A stretch of DNA of 64,000 nucleotides from Nitrospirales bacterium (lineage in GTDB: Bacteria > Nitrospirota > Nitrospiria > Nitrospirales > UBA8639), in contig CBDBCZ010000013.1 of the NCBI GenBank assembly GCA_965203295.1, positions 128,001 through 192,000 on the forward strand, given 5' to 3'. This document shows, piece after piece, positions 1-13,400 of this stretch. The translations under genes were made by a program, and so were the position numbers. The notes under the pieces are model-generated. The model ran no database searches and was not told the origin of the DNA. It was given only the letters and a program-made list of their open reading frames with translations. Every line of letters begins with the position of its first letter. Position 1 is the first letter of the stretch.

Positions 1-1803
1 AAGCTTTCACCAGCAATGTCATTCAGGTCTCCAATACCCACTGAACCTGAAACACACACTTGCACAGTAGAAACACCCTCAGCTGCATCATAGCTGGTTG
101 CATCAAGGGTCAGGAAAACAGCAGCTATACAAGTACAGAATGGTATAAAAAGTTAGAGTACAGTTACATGCTTAGAACTACTAGAAGCAATTAAGTGATC
201 TCTTGCATATTCCCGAAACAATGTTTTGAATGGTGAATATTGCTGGAGAAACTAAATACATTTCCTCATAGCTGATGGTTTTGATTCAATCTTCATGAAA
301 TATTCAAACAATGTGATGGCCTTGGTCCCATGCATACACTGTCAGGTTTAGTTACTCAAGAATAAGAATGGAAAAACTGGGATAGATACTCTGAATCACT
401 ACAGCTTAGGCTAACTGTAACCTACTTTAGGCATTCTTTGGTGTTTTTGACGGGCCTTTATATATAGTGGCATGGCATGAGCCTGCGGCTACTTCGTAAG
501 ACCATAGGTACTAGTACTGCATGCTGTAGCTACACATGCATGCGACCAAGTTTCATGGGCTTTCTCTCTTTTTTCATTTACCAATGGAACTACAAACTAT
601 TTTAACATTTCCATGAGTACTACAGGTGTAATAAGTGTAATCATGCATAGGGTAATAAATGAAATCATAGGGTAATAAGGGATTTAAGCATCATAAATAA
701 CTAGTCAGTTTGTAGTGAAATAAAGTAGATCTCTATAGGTGTAGTTATAGCCCACACAAGAGCGTCAATAGTAATATTTTCTTCTGGTCGGGGCGAAGGC
801 GTGTCATTATCAGGTTCAGGGTGAGGGTTGCGGCTAGGATTAGGGTGAAGACAGATGAATTAATGGATAACTTGAGCCTGGTACCCTTCGTGCAACAAAG
901 CAAAGTGGTTCTGGGAACATAAAGCAGCTTATGACTGAATAAACACTGAGGGTTAGGTTAGGGCCAGGGGCAGGGTTTCATTTCTGGAAACGTTTTCAGA
1001 AAAGTAGGCAACCATAATTTGGTAAGTTGATATGTATAGAAAACAAGGCTACTGTTTAATTTACTCATGAACCGTATTTACTTACGTATGCAGGAGCCAA
1101 AGATAGGATTTCCAGCTAGATCCGGTGTCAACCCAGCCAGACAGTTCCCACAGTTTTGACCAAACTCAGTAGTGATGCATTCTCGTGTGTAGTCACAGTC
1201 TCCGTAGTAAGGGAGTCGGCATTTGCCTGCAAAATATAATACACTATACTTTTTTATCATGCATGGTTACATAGATCCAATAGCTATGTCTTACGTGCAC
1301 GTAAGCTTACGCAAGCAGCGTTCTTTACATAGATCCGCGTTTCGGATCGCGAGTCGGGATACAACGTACTTTCGCAGATTAGACTTCTTTCGTCCTCTCC
1401 ACTAGTGCAATTGTTGAAACCATCGCAGAGGGCCTCCAACTGAATGAACTCCCCACCCGTGCACCGAAACTCCTTTGCGTTTCCGAATATTCCGGTGCCT
1501 GCATGTACCAGATATGAGAGAAGGGGCAGTTCATTTTAACAGATAGCCGCATGCAACAACAGTGGATTGCTTACAGTCCAAGCTCGCAAACTGATTTCCT
1601 TCGTCCAAACCGCTAGCGCAGTCGGCAGTTCCGTCGCAGAGCTGATCCGTAGTGAGACAGTCGTTTGGGTCGTCCGGATTAACCGGGTTGAAACAGGAGA
1701 GATTGTCCTCCCCGCACGGCAAGGCGTTGCCAACGGCCATGTTCTGGCTGTCAACGCGCTGGAGCAACAGGAGCACCAGCGGAATCACCAGCCAGCGCTT
1801 CAT
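1..1803 (-). CDS. Gene B (5' part only): tandem paralog of gene A; exons 1575-1803 (SP+LDLa), 1370-1498 (LDLa), 1086-1226 (EGF-like), <1-124 (Calx-beta)
   Basis: Same exon lengths (229/129/141) and splice sites as gene A; exon 1 peptide differs at 6 of about 77 residues; continues beyond the window's left edge. Confidence 0.9.
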
Positions 1804-4329
1804 GACTTTGCGTCCTGTAACGAACTTCAGCACATTGTAATCACAATTACATGAAATAAAATCAATTCAATAATTGCAAACGAAGTGATGAACGAGATTC
1901 AGAGGCGGTATTTTAGTCATAGCTTTTGTTCATGGGGCGAGCCCTATCGCGTAATAGCGTATGAATACTGGTCAGTTCTGCTCCTTATCTGCATTGGATC
2001 TCTGATAAATAAAAAAATAGACCGCACACACGCACAATCCCTATATTAGGTTATGTTTACATGCATGCAGTAGCACAATGAATATTGACACAAGTGCAGT
2101 CTAAGGATAGCTATTAATATGAATAATAATTATATTGGCTAAGTTCATATATTGCATTCAGGATAATATTTATGCAATTATAACAAAGATTAGCTAAATT
2201 CTTGATTTGTGCAATAATTATTAATGGCCAAGACCTCACTGTGGTTGAAGGCTATTCAGAAATATAGCTAATTAATTATAAGGAATGTGATGCCGAGCAT
2301 ATCAACAGAGCTATTGGCTTCAATTTTGACATAGTAATCAGGGTAATTTCCCTGATGTCCTGATAATATAATTGCACGCTTTTAAGTGTATAAAATTATT
2401 GTGGGCCTTTTTCAGTGAGAATACTGGGTAGCTAGTTCCTCATTTTAACGTTTCATATATAAAACGTTATAGTAAAGTCAATATCAACTTGAATACTCTG
2501 TGTTCCATGCAGCATGGATGGGCAAGGGTGGGACACTGTTGATAAGCTCGGTAGCATGCAGTCCCATGCAGCTCTTAGAACACATGCGTATATAGTGATG
2601 TCAATAAGAGCAACAGCTCATGCATGAGCTGTTGCTCTTTGCCAGGTTTTCAGCAACACAGACTCTTCCTGGATTTGAGTACTATGTTTAGGATAGTACA
2701 CTGACTATTTCATTTTCCAAGTGATGTCTTTGTATAATAAGGTGTGAACAAAAACACTCGCTCATCAAATTATCAATATACATTTGTTCTTTTGCCGTAC
2801 ATGCTCTTATTTTACCTCATTTGTGCTTCATGGTATTTGTTCTTGGAAGTCCTTACCCTCTTCTATATTGCAGGGCACGAGACTAAACCACTCTGCCATG
2901 CCAGTATCTTCCTGTCCGACAGTCCAACTAGGAATTTAGAGTCAAAACAAGTGTCCTTACTCAAAAATTGAGATTTAAACTTCAGTGTTAAAGGGTTAAT
3001 AATTAAAATATGCTTCTAAGAATTATTTTGCTCATCATACTACGCTCATGCACTTAATTATGGATACGTATACCCTTCATGAATGTGACGGCTAGCGCAG
3101 TTTATCAAAAAATTATACTTGTGACTGTTACAGCTTTACTGACAAAACATGGAGAACAACGTGTGTCAGATAGCAATCAAACTGGGTTCATTTTCTGGAT
3201 TATGCAATAATGACATCATACTGATGAAGACAGTCTATATACTCGGTATCGAGTCTCAGTAGTCTCACATGAACAGGTGGCACTAAACATGGGATATTTT
3301 CCTGCAGTTGCATGAGAGGGGGTTCTCCAGTGCTCAGTTTTAGAGGTTTACTTCTATCATACTGCTGTACAACAGGTGGGACTAAGCTCTTATCAAGTAT
3401 CTGACTCTCTTTTCGCATATCATAATATTATATAGCTGCTTACAAGTGCTGTACTTTCTCCGCACTTATGCTCTTAAAAGCTCTTCATTATGCCAGCATA
3501 ATATGCTTCCACCTACCCTACTATGCTACGAACTATGATTATGCCAGCATGACTCACCAAGGCTTACTGCTGAATCGATGATGATGATTACTGGAGTTCC
3601 TCACTGACTTTTCCACCAACATTATTTGACTGCAGAACTGAATCCATAATAAGTCATTGCTATACTATCCCACAATGGTGGCAAGAAAGACGGTAACACC
3701 TAAATAAATTGCCCACCCTATATAGCTATATATATGCTAGTCTTGTGCCCTACTAGCTCTGTAGCCAGGCTTTCTCATGCATGCAGCGAGCGATATCAAG
3801 AGGTACTTAAAAAAAAAAACAAAAAAAAAACACTCCAATTGATGAGATGCTTACATGCATGATTGTTGAAGTGGCTATTGGTTTGGTAGTCCATATCTGT
3901 TAGGGTTAGCTAATTATAAAGTTGGTAGGGTCACGTTAGGGTTAGGGCTGGGGTAGGCCCTAGAGGCCACGAAATCAGCAGGTTTAAAGCTATATAGCTT
4001 GTATTGCATCAGCATGGAGATACTATAGTATACCACAGTGAGCATGCATAATTTTTTTTTATAATAGAGGTATGTTTCCTATGAAGTCACATCACTCGAT
4101 TGAAAGTTTAGATACATATATAGTATAAAATATAAGCATATCAATAGATAAATATCTTCTATGAGTGTAAAATTTGAAGGTGCATGGTCAAAATAAAAAG
4201 TGGTCACAATAAAAAGTGGTTTGTATAAAAAAAGCATAGCAACTAGTTGACTACAAAACAAAAAAAGTCTCATGAGCAGTACCTAAATGCATCACTGACC
4301 ATATTACGCAAAAAACAAATTATATTAAG

Positions 4330-4411
4330 TTAAACTTTGGTACTGATAGAAACATCTTCGTTCTTGTACATAGTGTCCATCGTCTTCAATGTTATTGGTG
4401 CGCCCGTGTTA
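4330..4411 (-). CDS. Gene A last coding exon: cytoplasmic tail ending STKV*
   Basis: ctttgcaccatag| acceptor whose phase (2) matches the TM exon; (R)NTGAPITLKTMDTMYKNEDVSISTKV-stop. Confidence 0.78.
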
Positions 4412-7400
4412 CTATGGTGCAAAGTACAAGTGGCATTGTGATTTATACAGAAATTGATGAATGGAAGAGATGCTAAGTACGCACATTGCACAACAGCAGT
4501 GTACCATAGCAGTGATAATATTACCCAAGTATAAACGTTTTTGGGTGTATAAATCAAAATACAAAGTTTGGCCTGAAGGAGGGGTCACAGAAGGACATAT
4601 ATCTTACATCATGTGATACCTGGGTGAAAACTAAAAAAAATTATGTAGGGTTTGTCTATTTTCAGTTTCTGTGTGGGGATATGGTCAGAAACCCATGTGA
4701 TTCACGAACATTCCAACAGCTTTTAAATTAGTGGCCGAGCAGTCATGTTTTGGACTGGAGAGCTGGCATTCCCAGATTCTAATCCCTCATGTGCCCTTAC
4801 ACTTTTTCCTAGCTCTTTTTAAGTTCTATTGTTGCTTATTTATCACAAAGTGAGGTAATAAATGAATGTTTCAAGAATAGTCAACATTCTTGTGACAGGC
4901 TGGCTAGTAAAACCACCGCAGTATTGCTAATGCAGGCCCTGGATGAGATTCCTTATATCAGTATTATTTTGTATACCACAATACACTCGCAGCTCTGCTC
5001 ACCCAATATACTTGGGTAGTGGTTAGGCCTAGTTTTATATAGTGATATTATGTCTACTACCCAGTCATCATGCAGTGTCCCCTATAATAATTACCCAATA
5101 TATGGTATCCATGTTCCAGTCATTTAATATAATATGGATGCTTAAGAGTCAAATGAATTTAAAAAATGTGACTTCTTTTTACTAGCCAGAGCGCGCAAAT
5201 GGCTGGTCCTAAGATTGCTTTATGTTTTCTTTGTCTGTTTGTGCATCTGCACTTATCACACTTATCGCAGTTTGGAGATTTGTATACGAAGCTACAGCAA
5301 ATGAAGGTAGTTGTGTGTCGCCTATATATGGATGGTGAAAACTTGGTAGGAAGCTGTAAAAATCCTGCTTTGTAACAGTCAGCACTTTCGCTGTACTGCG
5401 TTTGATTGCTTTAATAACTTTCTCTGCAGAATGCCTATTATAGCATAGTTATACTACAATCTGTAGTTCCATAGCTGCAGTTAACTTGGCCTCAGCTGAG
5501 TTGTGTGTATTGTACGCGAAAGGTTCCCGGCTGTTTTTTAAAGACATGAACTGTCAAACTTGTTGATGATTAATGGCATACCCAAACAACACAAAAAGGA
5601 CACTGGGAGAACGAGACAAGTATGATATAGAAATTACTACTCAGTTATACAGACTGTAGCTTTAGAACTATATATGTTGTACACATACCGTGGTTTCCAA
5701 TCTTTTCTGGATTTTCTGAAGTAACCACAGAAGATAAATATAGCTAAACAGCAGACTACTAGGAGCAATAGTATTACAGCAAATGTACTGCCAATGATGA
5801 TCCCTGTAGGTACATAGAGATAAAAAAGATTATTTTTGCAATGGTACATCCAATAGCAATTGCAATGTGGTTTATAGGCTTTTTGGATGTTACTGTACTA
5901 AGCATCAATTGTGTATGAAAGTGGTTTGAATTAGCAGATGTTACTGTGGATACCAACACATTAGTTGCTCAACAGTTTACAGGCTTTTGCGGGGCATGTA
6001 AGTAAAATGTGTATCAAAATTAGTTGTTAGCTGTAAACTTTTACTGGGTGTGTAAGTTGAAATAAGAATGTTAATACTTATTAATAACTGCATGTACACA
6101 CAAGTCATGATTCATAGCACCCGCATATCTCTACCACTGTACATTCACTCAAAAGTCAGTTTACCTACCGTACCTTACAGCAACTATTCAAGGTATTAAA
6201 CAACAAAAAGCTTCCAAGAAGTGTGTGATGATTCTTAACCATAAACTTTTCCTGCTGGATCTACTTACCAATTTCACCACCATCTCTAGGCTCTGTGGGG
6301 GAAGGAATTGCCACACATATTATATTTTCCAGAGATACTATGTAGCCTTCTTCACAGACACTGCAGACACCTGGGATTCCCTCACACTCCGCACAGTTGT
6401 CTATGCCACAGACTCCGCATGTCGTTCCAATCCAATTCTGGGCACACATGCATGTGAATGTGTTCACACCATCTGTACAATTACCACCATTCTGACACGG
6501 ATTAGGATCACAGTCATCAATGTTCTCGTCGCATAGTTCTCCAGTGAACCCTGCTTCACATGCACATTGGAAACCACCATCTGTATTGTTACATGTGCCA
6601 TTCACACAAGGGTTAGTGGTAGCACACTCATCAATATCCATGTTGCACAAATCTCCCTCGTACCCAACAGTGCAATTACACGCAAAACTACCATCATTAT
6701 TTTCACACGATGCTCCATTTTGACAGGGATTGTTTACAATACATTCATCAATATCTGTCTCACATAAGTTCCCTTCAAACCCAACAGTGCAATTACACGC
6801 AAAACTACCATCGTTATTTACACATGTTGCTCCATTTTGACATGGATCGATCACGATACATTCATCAATGTCAGTATTACAAAGGTTTCCTTCGAACCCA
6901 GCAGTACAATTGCATGTGAAACTACCATCGTTGTTGACACATGTTGCTCCATTTTGGCACAGATCATTCACAGTACATTCATCAACATCTGCATCACAAT
7001 TGTTCCCTTCGAACCCAGCAGTGCAATTGCAAGTATAACTACCATTGTTGTTAACGCATGTTGCTTCATTTTGACATGGATCATTCACAATACATTCATC
7101 AATATCTGTCTCACATAAGTTCCCTGTGTACCCAGCAGTACAGTTGCATGTGAAACTGCCGTCATTGACAACACACGTCCCTTCATTCTGGCAGTCAATG
7201 GGGCACCCTATATCTGTTGAAAGGAATTATAGCAACAAGTAATTTTCAGTATACAACACTGCCCCATAACACGGCTCATCTTCAGAAACTGTATCTACTT
7301 GGACATCTATCATGTCCTGATGTGCTTCTGTGAGGTAAAAATTGTTCCCGGGGTAGAAGTCTAGGCCAATCTAACAGATGACTGCAAGCTGTTACAGAAG

Positions 7401-10400
7401 TATTGAGTTCAATATTACTGCCCAAGTATTTTCCAGTATTATCTTAGATGTTCTATAGCATATGTGTATGGTTAAATATAGGACAAAGGCATGTACGGCA
7501 GTATCTAGTGCTACAGGAATGAATGACTGCCTGGTCCCTCCAGTATCAGATAAGTACATACCATCTTTATTCTATTATTACGCATGCTAACAAATCAATT
7601 TCAGTTTAGTTCACTAAATAGCTCTTCTGAGTCTTCTGGGTCTTGCTGCTGCTGTTGCTGATCAAACATCTTGTAAAACCTTGAGCCACCTCTCGCCTCT
7701 TAGAAGAAAGGCACCACAACCCTAAAAAATTCCCTAAACCACTCCTTTACAACACATGATCTAATCTAGCACAAGAAATTTCATTCCAGAAATTTTCTAA
7801 TTATCGCAAAGACTCAGACCCTTTCGTGGACATAGCTGATTAACGGTTGTTTTGGCTAATAGTTTATAAGCAATATTTCCTGGAGTTGTAAAGCTCTTGC
7901 GTTAGAGTGGATTAAGCCTAAAATAGTTAGTGATGGACTTGCACTAGGTTAGATTCATAATAAATTCCCAATTTCTTCTGTTAATTGGATCTTGCACAAA
8001 AAAAGACTGTATATATATGTGTGACCTATATAGGTTACTTAAAGGGGAATGATTATTATAGGTGAGTACGTAGTTTTCTTGTGACACTGAAACTTGAACG
8101 ACACTTCTTGCCAGAGGCTATCTTGGACTTGTACATATACCCAGAGCCATCATGTAGCCTCTTTCACAGTCAGATATCTATTATGTTATAGCTAACTATG
8201 GTTTGTGTAAAACTTGCATCTTTAACCAGCAGATGCAAGCAGACAGCGCAGTTGTGAGCAGGCTCTGTTTACTAAATTATATAAATGTGTGGTGGCAGGC
8301 AGTCTGCACATGCACTATCCTAGACATCAAATGGTGTGCAAAAAGCAAGCATCCATTCGAGAGGGCTAGTGAATACCCCATAGTTAACACTGCTTCTTTG
8401 TGTTTGAGTCATTGCATTTGCTTCAGTCGTGATCGTGCTAGCTAACGTCAATAAATAACACTAGGCAGATTATAGTTTAGTACACGTGGTACAAATCCAA
8501 GACTGCTTCTGACCAGAGGTGCCATTGAAAGTAAGACTCTAACCAGTGTCACAAGGGAAAGTTCGTCCAGTCACTCATCTGTAAGTACCCTATGCAAGTC
8601 CTTTTGGAATGCGTGATGCCGGAGCTAGGGGCCACGCAGACATTCATCAGTTAACGTGTGTAAGGGAACTGTATTTTTAACTCTACAATTGAATACAACA
8701 GTCTCAACTCTAGAGCAGGTAGAGCACCTTAGTTGTACAAATGTATAGTTATTGGCAAGCAACCAAGGGGTGAGTTGTGTGGCATAGCCTAGTCAACATT
8801 GGACCTGCAGAGATCCAATAATGTGACAGTCTTCTGCAAACTCCCAAGTTTGGTAACTTCAACCCAGACACATGACACAACAGTTAGAGATTATACCATA
8901 CTTAAATCATTCTGACTAATTAGCTTACAGTATTCAACGGGGTATAAGGGTTCATATATTTCGGGCGCTGTGCACGCGTACGTAATATGGGTACCTGGTT
9001 CCGTTCCATTCATTCAAATGTTGAGAAAGTTAGCTATGGTAGGCTGGTGGTTGGGGAGCCTAGGCAGTTTTTTTGTAGACTGTTGGAAAATTAATGCAGG
9101 AAAGCATGGTAAGCTATGTACTGCTCTCTGTTTGTGACTAATTTTGTTTGATTTCCGTGTACCTGTTCATGTGGTCACACAGACAGCCTACTAAGCAGTG
9201 AATGGGCTACTATATAGCAGTCCTATGTGCTTGCTACAGATTAAACGCCAATGTGTACTGTTATTTTAGTCACAAGACTAATGATTAACTCTTGACATGC
9301 ATTTGAAGCATAATTGCGACGTGTGTGAACAGATGCGCGAGTAATGCAGCTGTCGTGTATATGCGACGAGGTAGCCTAGGAGCGCTCTCCAAACACGTGC
9401 CTCGTCCGCGATATTTACGGAAAACAGCGAAGTAGTCTCACGGGCCAGCCCACTTCCACTTAGAGGGAAGGTGGTCTGGGGAGCTGCCATACTGGCATGC
9501 GTCATTTCGGAATTTAATTAGTTGCGCAACAGTCACATGTTAGCGTGGGATAATTACCATGTGGCTAGGCCTGAGCTAATTGCTCCTTCAAACTTCAAAT
9601 TCTTTATTCCTGATTTCCTTCCCTATTATTCAAGTGATCCTACCCAATTTTTCAAATGATTATGACCTGTTATTCAACTTGAAGGACGTTTTTGTTGGCG
9701 TTGTTCGATGCAAAACCTTACACACACATAAGTTAGTTGTGTCCCTCCCCAACGGGATGTAATACCTGCTATATCCCTCGTCAAAGACAGTGCTTTTGTG
9801 TAGCCGAGGAAGTGTCTCAGGCTGCGCCCTCGACACTTCCCCAGCTTCACTCAAGCACTGACCCTTTTCGCGGGACTTATATTCTACTGGCCAGGGATAT
9901 AGCCTATACTTATCTTGGCCACCCCTTCCATTCAAGGAAGCAGCTAACTTGCTAAAATGATAAACATACAAGAATGGTGTACACTTTCAGCATTGCTAGG
10001 CTTTCTTTATTAATTAAGTCATGTAGCTACATACATAAGATGCACCAAACAGTATACTAGGCTAATATAAAGGCTACCCCTTAAGTAATGTACGTATGCA
10101 CCTCCTTCCTGTCAGACATTAATAATGTTTCACACTTGGCAGTGTATGAAGTAGAGGTACAGATGTAATACAATCTTGGTGAGGGTGAGATTATAATTTC
10201 TGGACTTACGTACGATATGCACTTGCATGAATCAAGGTGCTAAAAATTGAACTAGGTACATTTGCCACTTATCTTGCATGGTCCACATGTAGCGCTGCAT
10301 AGATACAAGAATCAGCAGGCCTGTAGCAGGCCTTCCTTTACAAAACTATGTACTCAAAAAAACAAGTGGCTCTTAAAATATACTACTATGATTCATTCAT

Positions 10401-13400
10401 GCTTTGAAATGTAAAGAAAAGCTATGCTTTCTATTCAGTGTACTCACCTCTGCAAAATGGTGGTGCTGGTTGAAATTCTGCACTGTCCATATCCACTAGT
10501 GCACATGTTGTGGTTGCATTTCCAATCAACTCAAAGCCAAAATCACAGATGTAAGTAGCCATGTCACTGATAGAGGTGCCATTGAGTGTCACCATTCCGT
10601 TGTCAATAGCAACCGGATCGTCACAAAGTGCTACAGAGCAAGATTCATGGAAACAGCTAATGCCATGATGGAAGTTACCTCTGTGTGTGTAAGAGCTGAT
10701 TTGTTTGCGAATGAGCTCAGTCATTGTAAACCTCTGAGATTCATCTCATACACATACACATATTATGCAGATAAATATTCTTTAGAAGAAAATACATGCA
10801 TTGACCTTTGCAACCATAAATAGTTTATAGTTAGTTACATTATTCATTCACTGCACTCACGCCTGCAAAATGGTGGTGCTGGTTCAAGCTCTGCACTGCC
10901 CATATCCACTTGTGAACATGATGTAGCTGCATCTCCAACCAGCTCAAAACCCGCATCACAGGTGTAAGTAGATATGAGTGTCACCTTGCCATTGTCAAGG
11001 TAAACTGGATCATTACACGGTACTGGCGCTGCAGAGCGAGATTCATGCAAAATTAATACCATAAAGTACAATATCCGCCCACCCTCTCTTCGAGCAAAAT
11101 TTAATTGGGAGGGTATTTATATATGCAGTGTTACCTTTAAATTTGATCTTTTAGAAGGAATTACCTATATTTGTGTGCAGTATCTGATTAGTCTGTGTAT
11201 TCGAGACATTTATCCCATACCCATACATGTTACCACATAAATGAAGAGGTAGACCATTTCTACAAAATGCCTGCTACTACAATTGACACATGCAACCAAA
11301 AATGGCATGTAGTCATTAAAAGAATGAGTGTGCTCACGTCTGCAAGATGGTGGTGCTGGTTGAAATTCTGCTGTGTTCATATCCATCAGAGTACATGTTG
11401 GGGTTGCGTATCCGAACAGCTCAAAGCCCGAATCACAGGTGTATGTAGCCATGTCACCAACAGAATTGCCATTGAATGTCACCGTGCCATTGCCAATGTG
11501 AACGGGATCGTCACACAGTGCTGCAAAGCAAGAATCAAGTGTATAATGCAAAGATGCACTTGCGTGCTGGAGCTGATTGTTTTGGGAGCAATCTTAGCAG
11601 CTGAAAAGCTCATAGGTTTATCCCATGCACATAAATGCATACAAAATATTTACTGGTGGTTCCTTAGTACACAAGTCTGACATTTTATGTCTAAAAAACC
11701 AGCCGGATGCCTTTCTCGTATAATACACACAACTCGGCTTAGAACGCGGTACAGTGAAAGTGCTGACTCAACAGTTTTGTCATGCGCCTACAGTTAGTAG
11801 CTATATGCCACGAAACCAGGATCTTACGGCTACCTACCACGTTTCCGCTATCTAGGCAACACAAAACTACCTTCATTTGCTGTAGCTTGGCCTACAAACC
11901 TCCAAAAGCTGCTATACACTGCAGTTGCAAAGTAACGTATGACGTAATATATTGCGTACGTGATAAGTGCGAACGCACAAACAGACAAAAACAATGTACA
12001 AACAAACAAACAAACAAACAGACACGGAAAACGTAAAGCAATCTTAGAACCAGCCGTTCGCGCGCTCCAGCTGGTTAAATAGAAGCTACTGTGATTGACA
12101 CATGTAACTATGTAGCCACTCTAGGGAGTGTATAATTCATATGTATTCATTCACTGCACTTACGCCTGCAAGATGGCAGTGCTGGTTGAAATTCTGTACT
12201 GTTCATATCCACCAGTGTGCATGTTGTGGTTGCATCTCCGATCAACTCAAAGCCCGAATCACAGGTGTAAGTAGCCATGTTAGACACCTTCCCATTGTCA
12301 AGGTGAACTGGATCATCACACTGTGTGAGCACTGCATAGCAGCATTCATGCAAATGAATGCCAACAAGTAACCTACGTAAAATTGGTCTGGAAACAAGCT
12401 TACAAGTTGTAAACCTCAGAAATTCATATAATACCCATACATGTACATAAATTGCACTAGTGACTCTTTTGTACAAAACACATGCAATTGATAGTGGGAC
12501 CTACGAAAGTTTATGGTTATGTTTTTATTCAGTGTACTCACGCCTGCAAGATGGTGGTGCTGGTTGAAATTCTGCACTGTTCATATTCAATAGTGTACAT
12601 GTAACTGTTGTATCTCCAATGGGTTCAAAGCCCAAATCACAGGTGTAAGTTGCCATGTCACCAGGCAGAATGCCATTAATTGTCACCGTGCCATTGTCAA
12701 TGTCAACTGGATCATCACACAAAGCTAGCGCTGCAGAACAAGTACACGCAAATAATGCCAAGATAGAGCCCATATATATATATCTGCATTTGTGTGCAGG
12801 ATTTAGGAACTAGCTTAGTAGTCATATACTTCAGAGATTCATCTTATACCCATATGTATACGTCTATGCATGCGCATAAATACCCTGGCAGCTGCCTGAA
12901 TGTATACATACCTAATGGGAAATACATTCAGTGTACTCACGACTGCAAGTTGGTGGTGTAGGTTGAAATTCTGCTGTGTCCATATCCACCAGTGCACATG
13001 TTGTGGTTGTACATCCGGTCAGCTTAAAGCCAAAATCACAGATGTAAGTAGCTATGTCACCCACGGAGTTGCCATTGACTGTCATAGTGCCTCTGTCAAT
13101 GTCAACTGGATCATCACACAGTGCTGCATAAAAAGAAAATTTATGCAAATTCTGCCATGATGAAACCTGCCTGCATTTATTTTTGTGCAGGAGCTGATAG
13201 GTCAGGTAATGCGGTTTACACCTACTATGCTCATTCTTAGACCAATCAGCTCCTGCACAGTGTGTGTTTGTTGTCACCATAACAGATAGTGCTGTAGATT
13301 TATAGCATATAAAGACCTCACTAATGTACATAATGTTTCTCCCCCAGCCCCCCCCCCTCCAAAAAAACAGAAAAGAAACAACAATAACAGAAAGTGTGCA

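Noticed and set aside
820..975. TTAGGG-like motifs as interstitial telomere (also about 3900-3950)
   Set aside because: Scattered degenerate hexamers inside a dispersed repeat (homolog at about 59370-59580), not a tandem array.
9278..9971. ORFs in the 7214-10447 intron as extra exons or a transposase
   Set aside because: No recognisable domain or matching splice phase; a TAGTCTC-type TIR-like end at about 9433 suggests decayed TE, but evidence is too weak to call.
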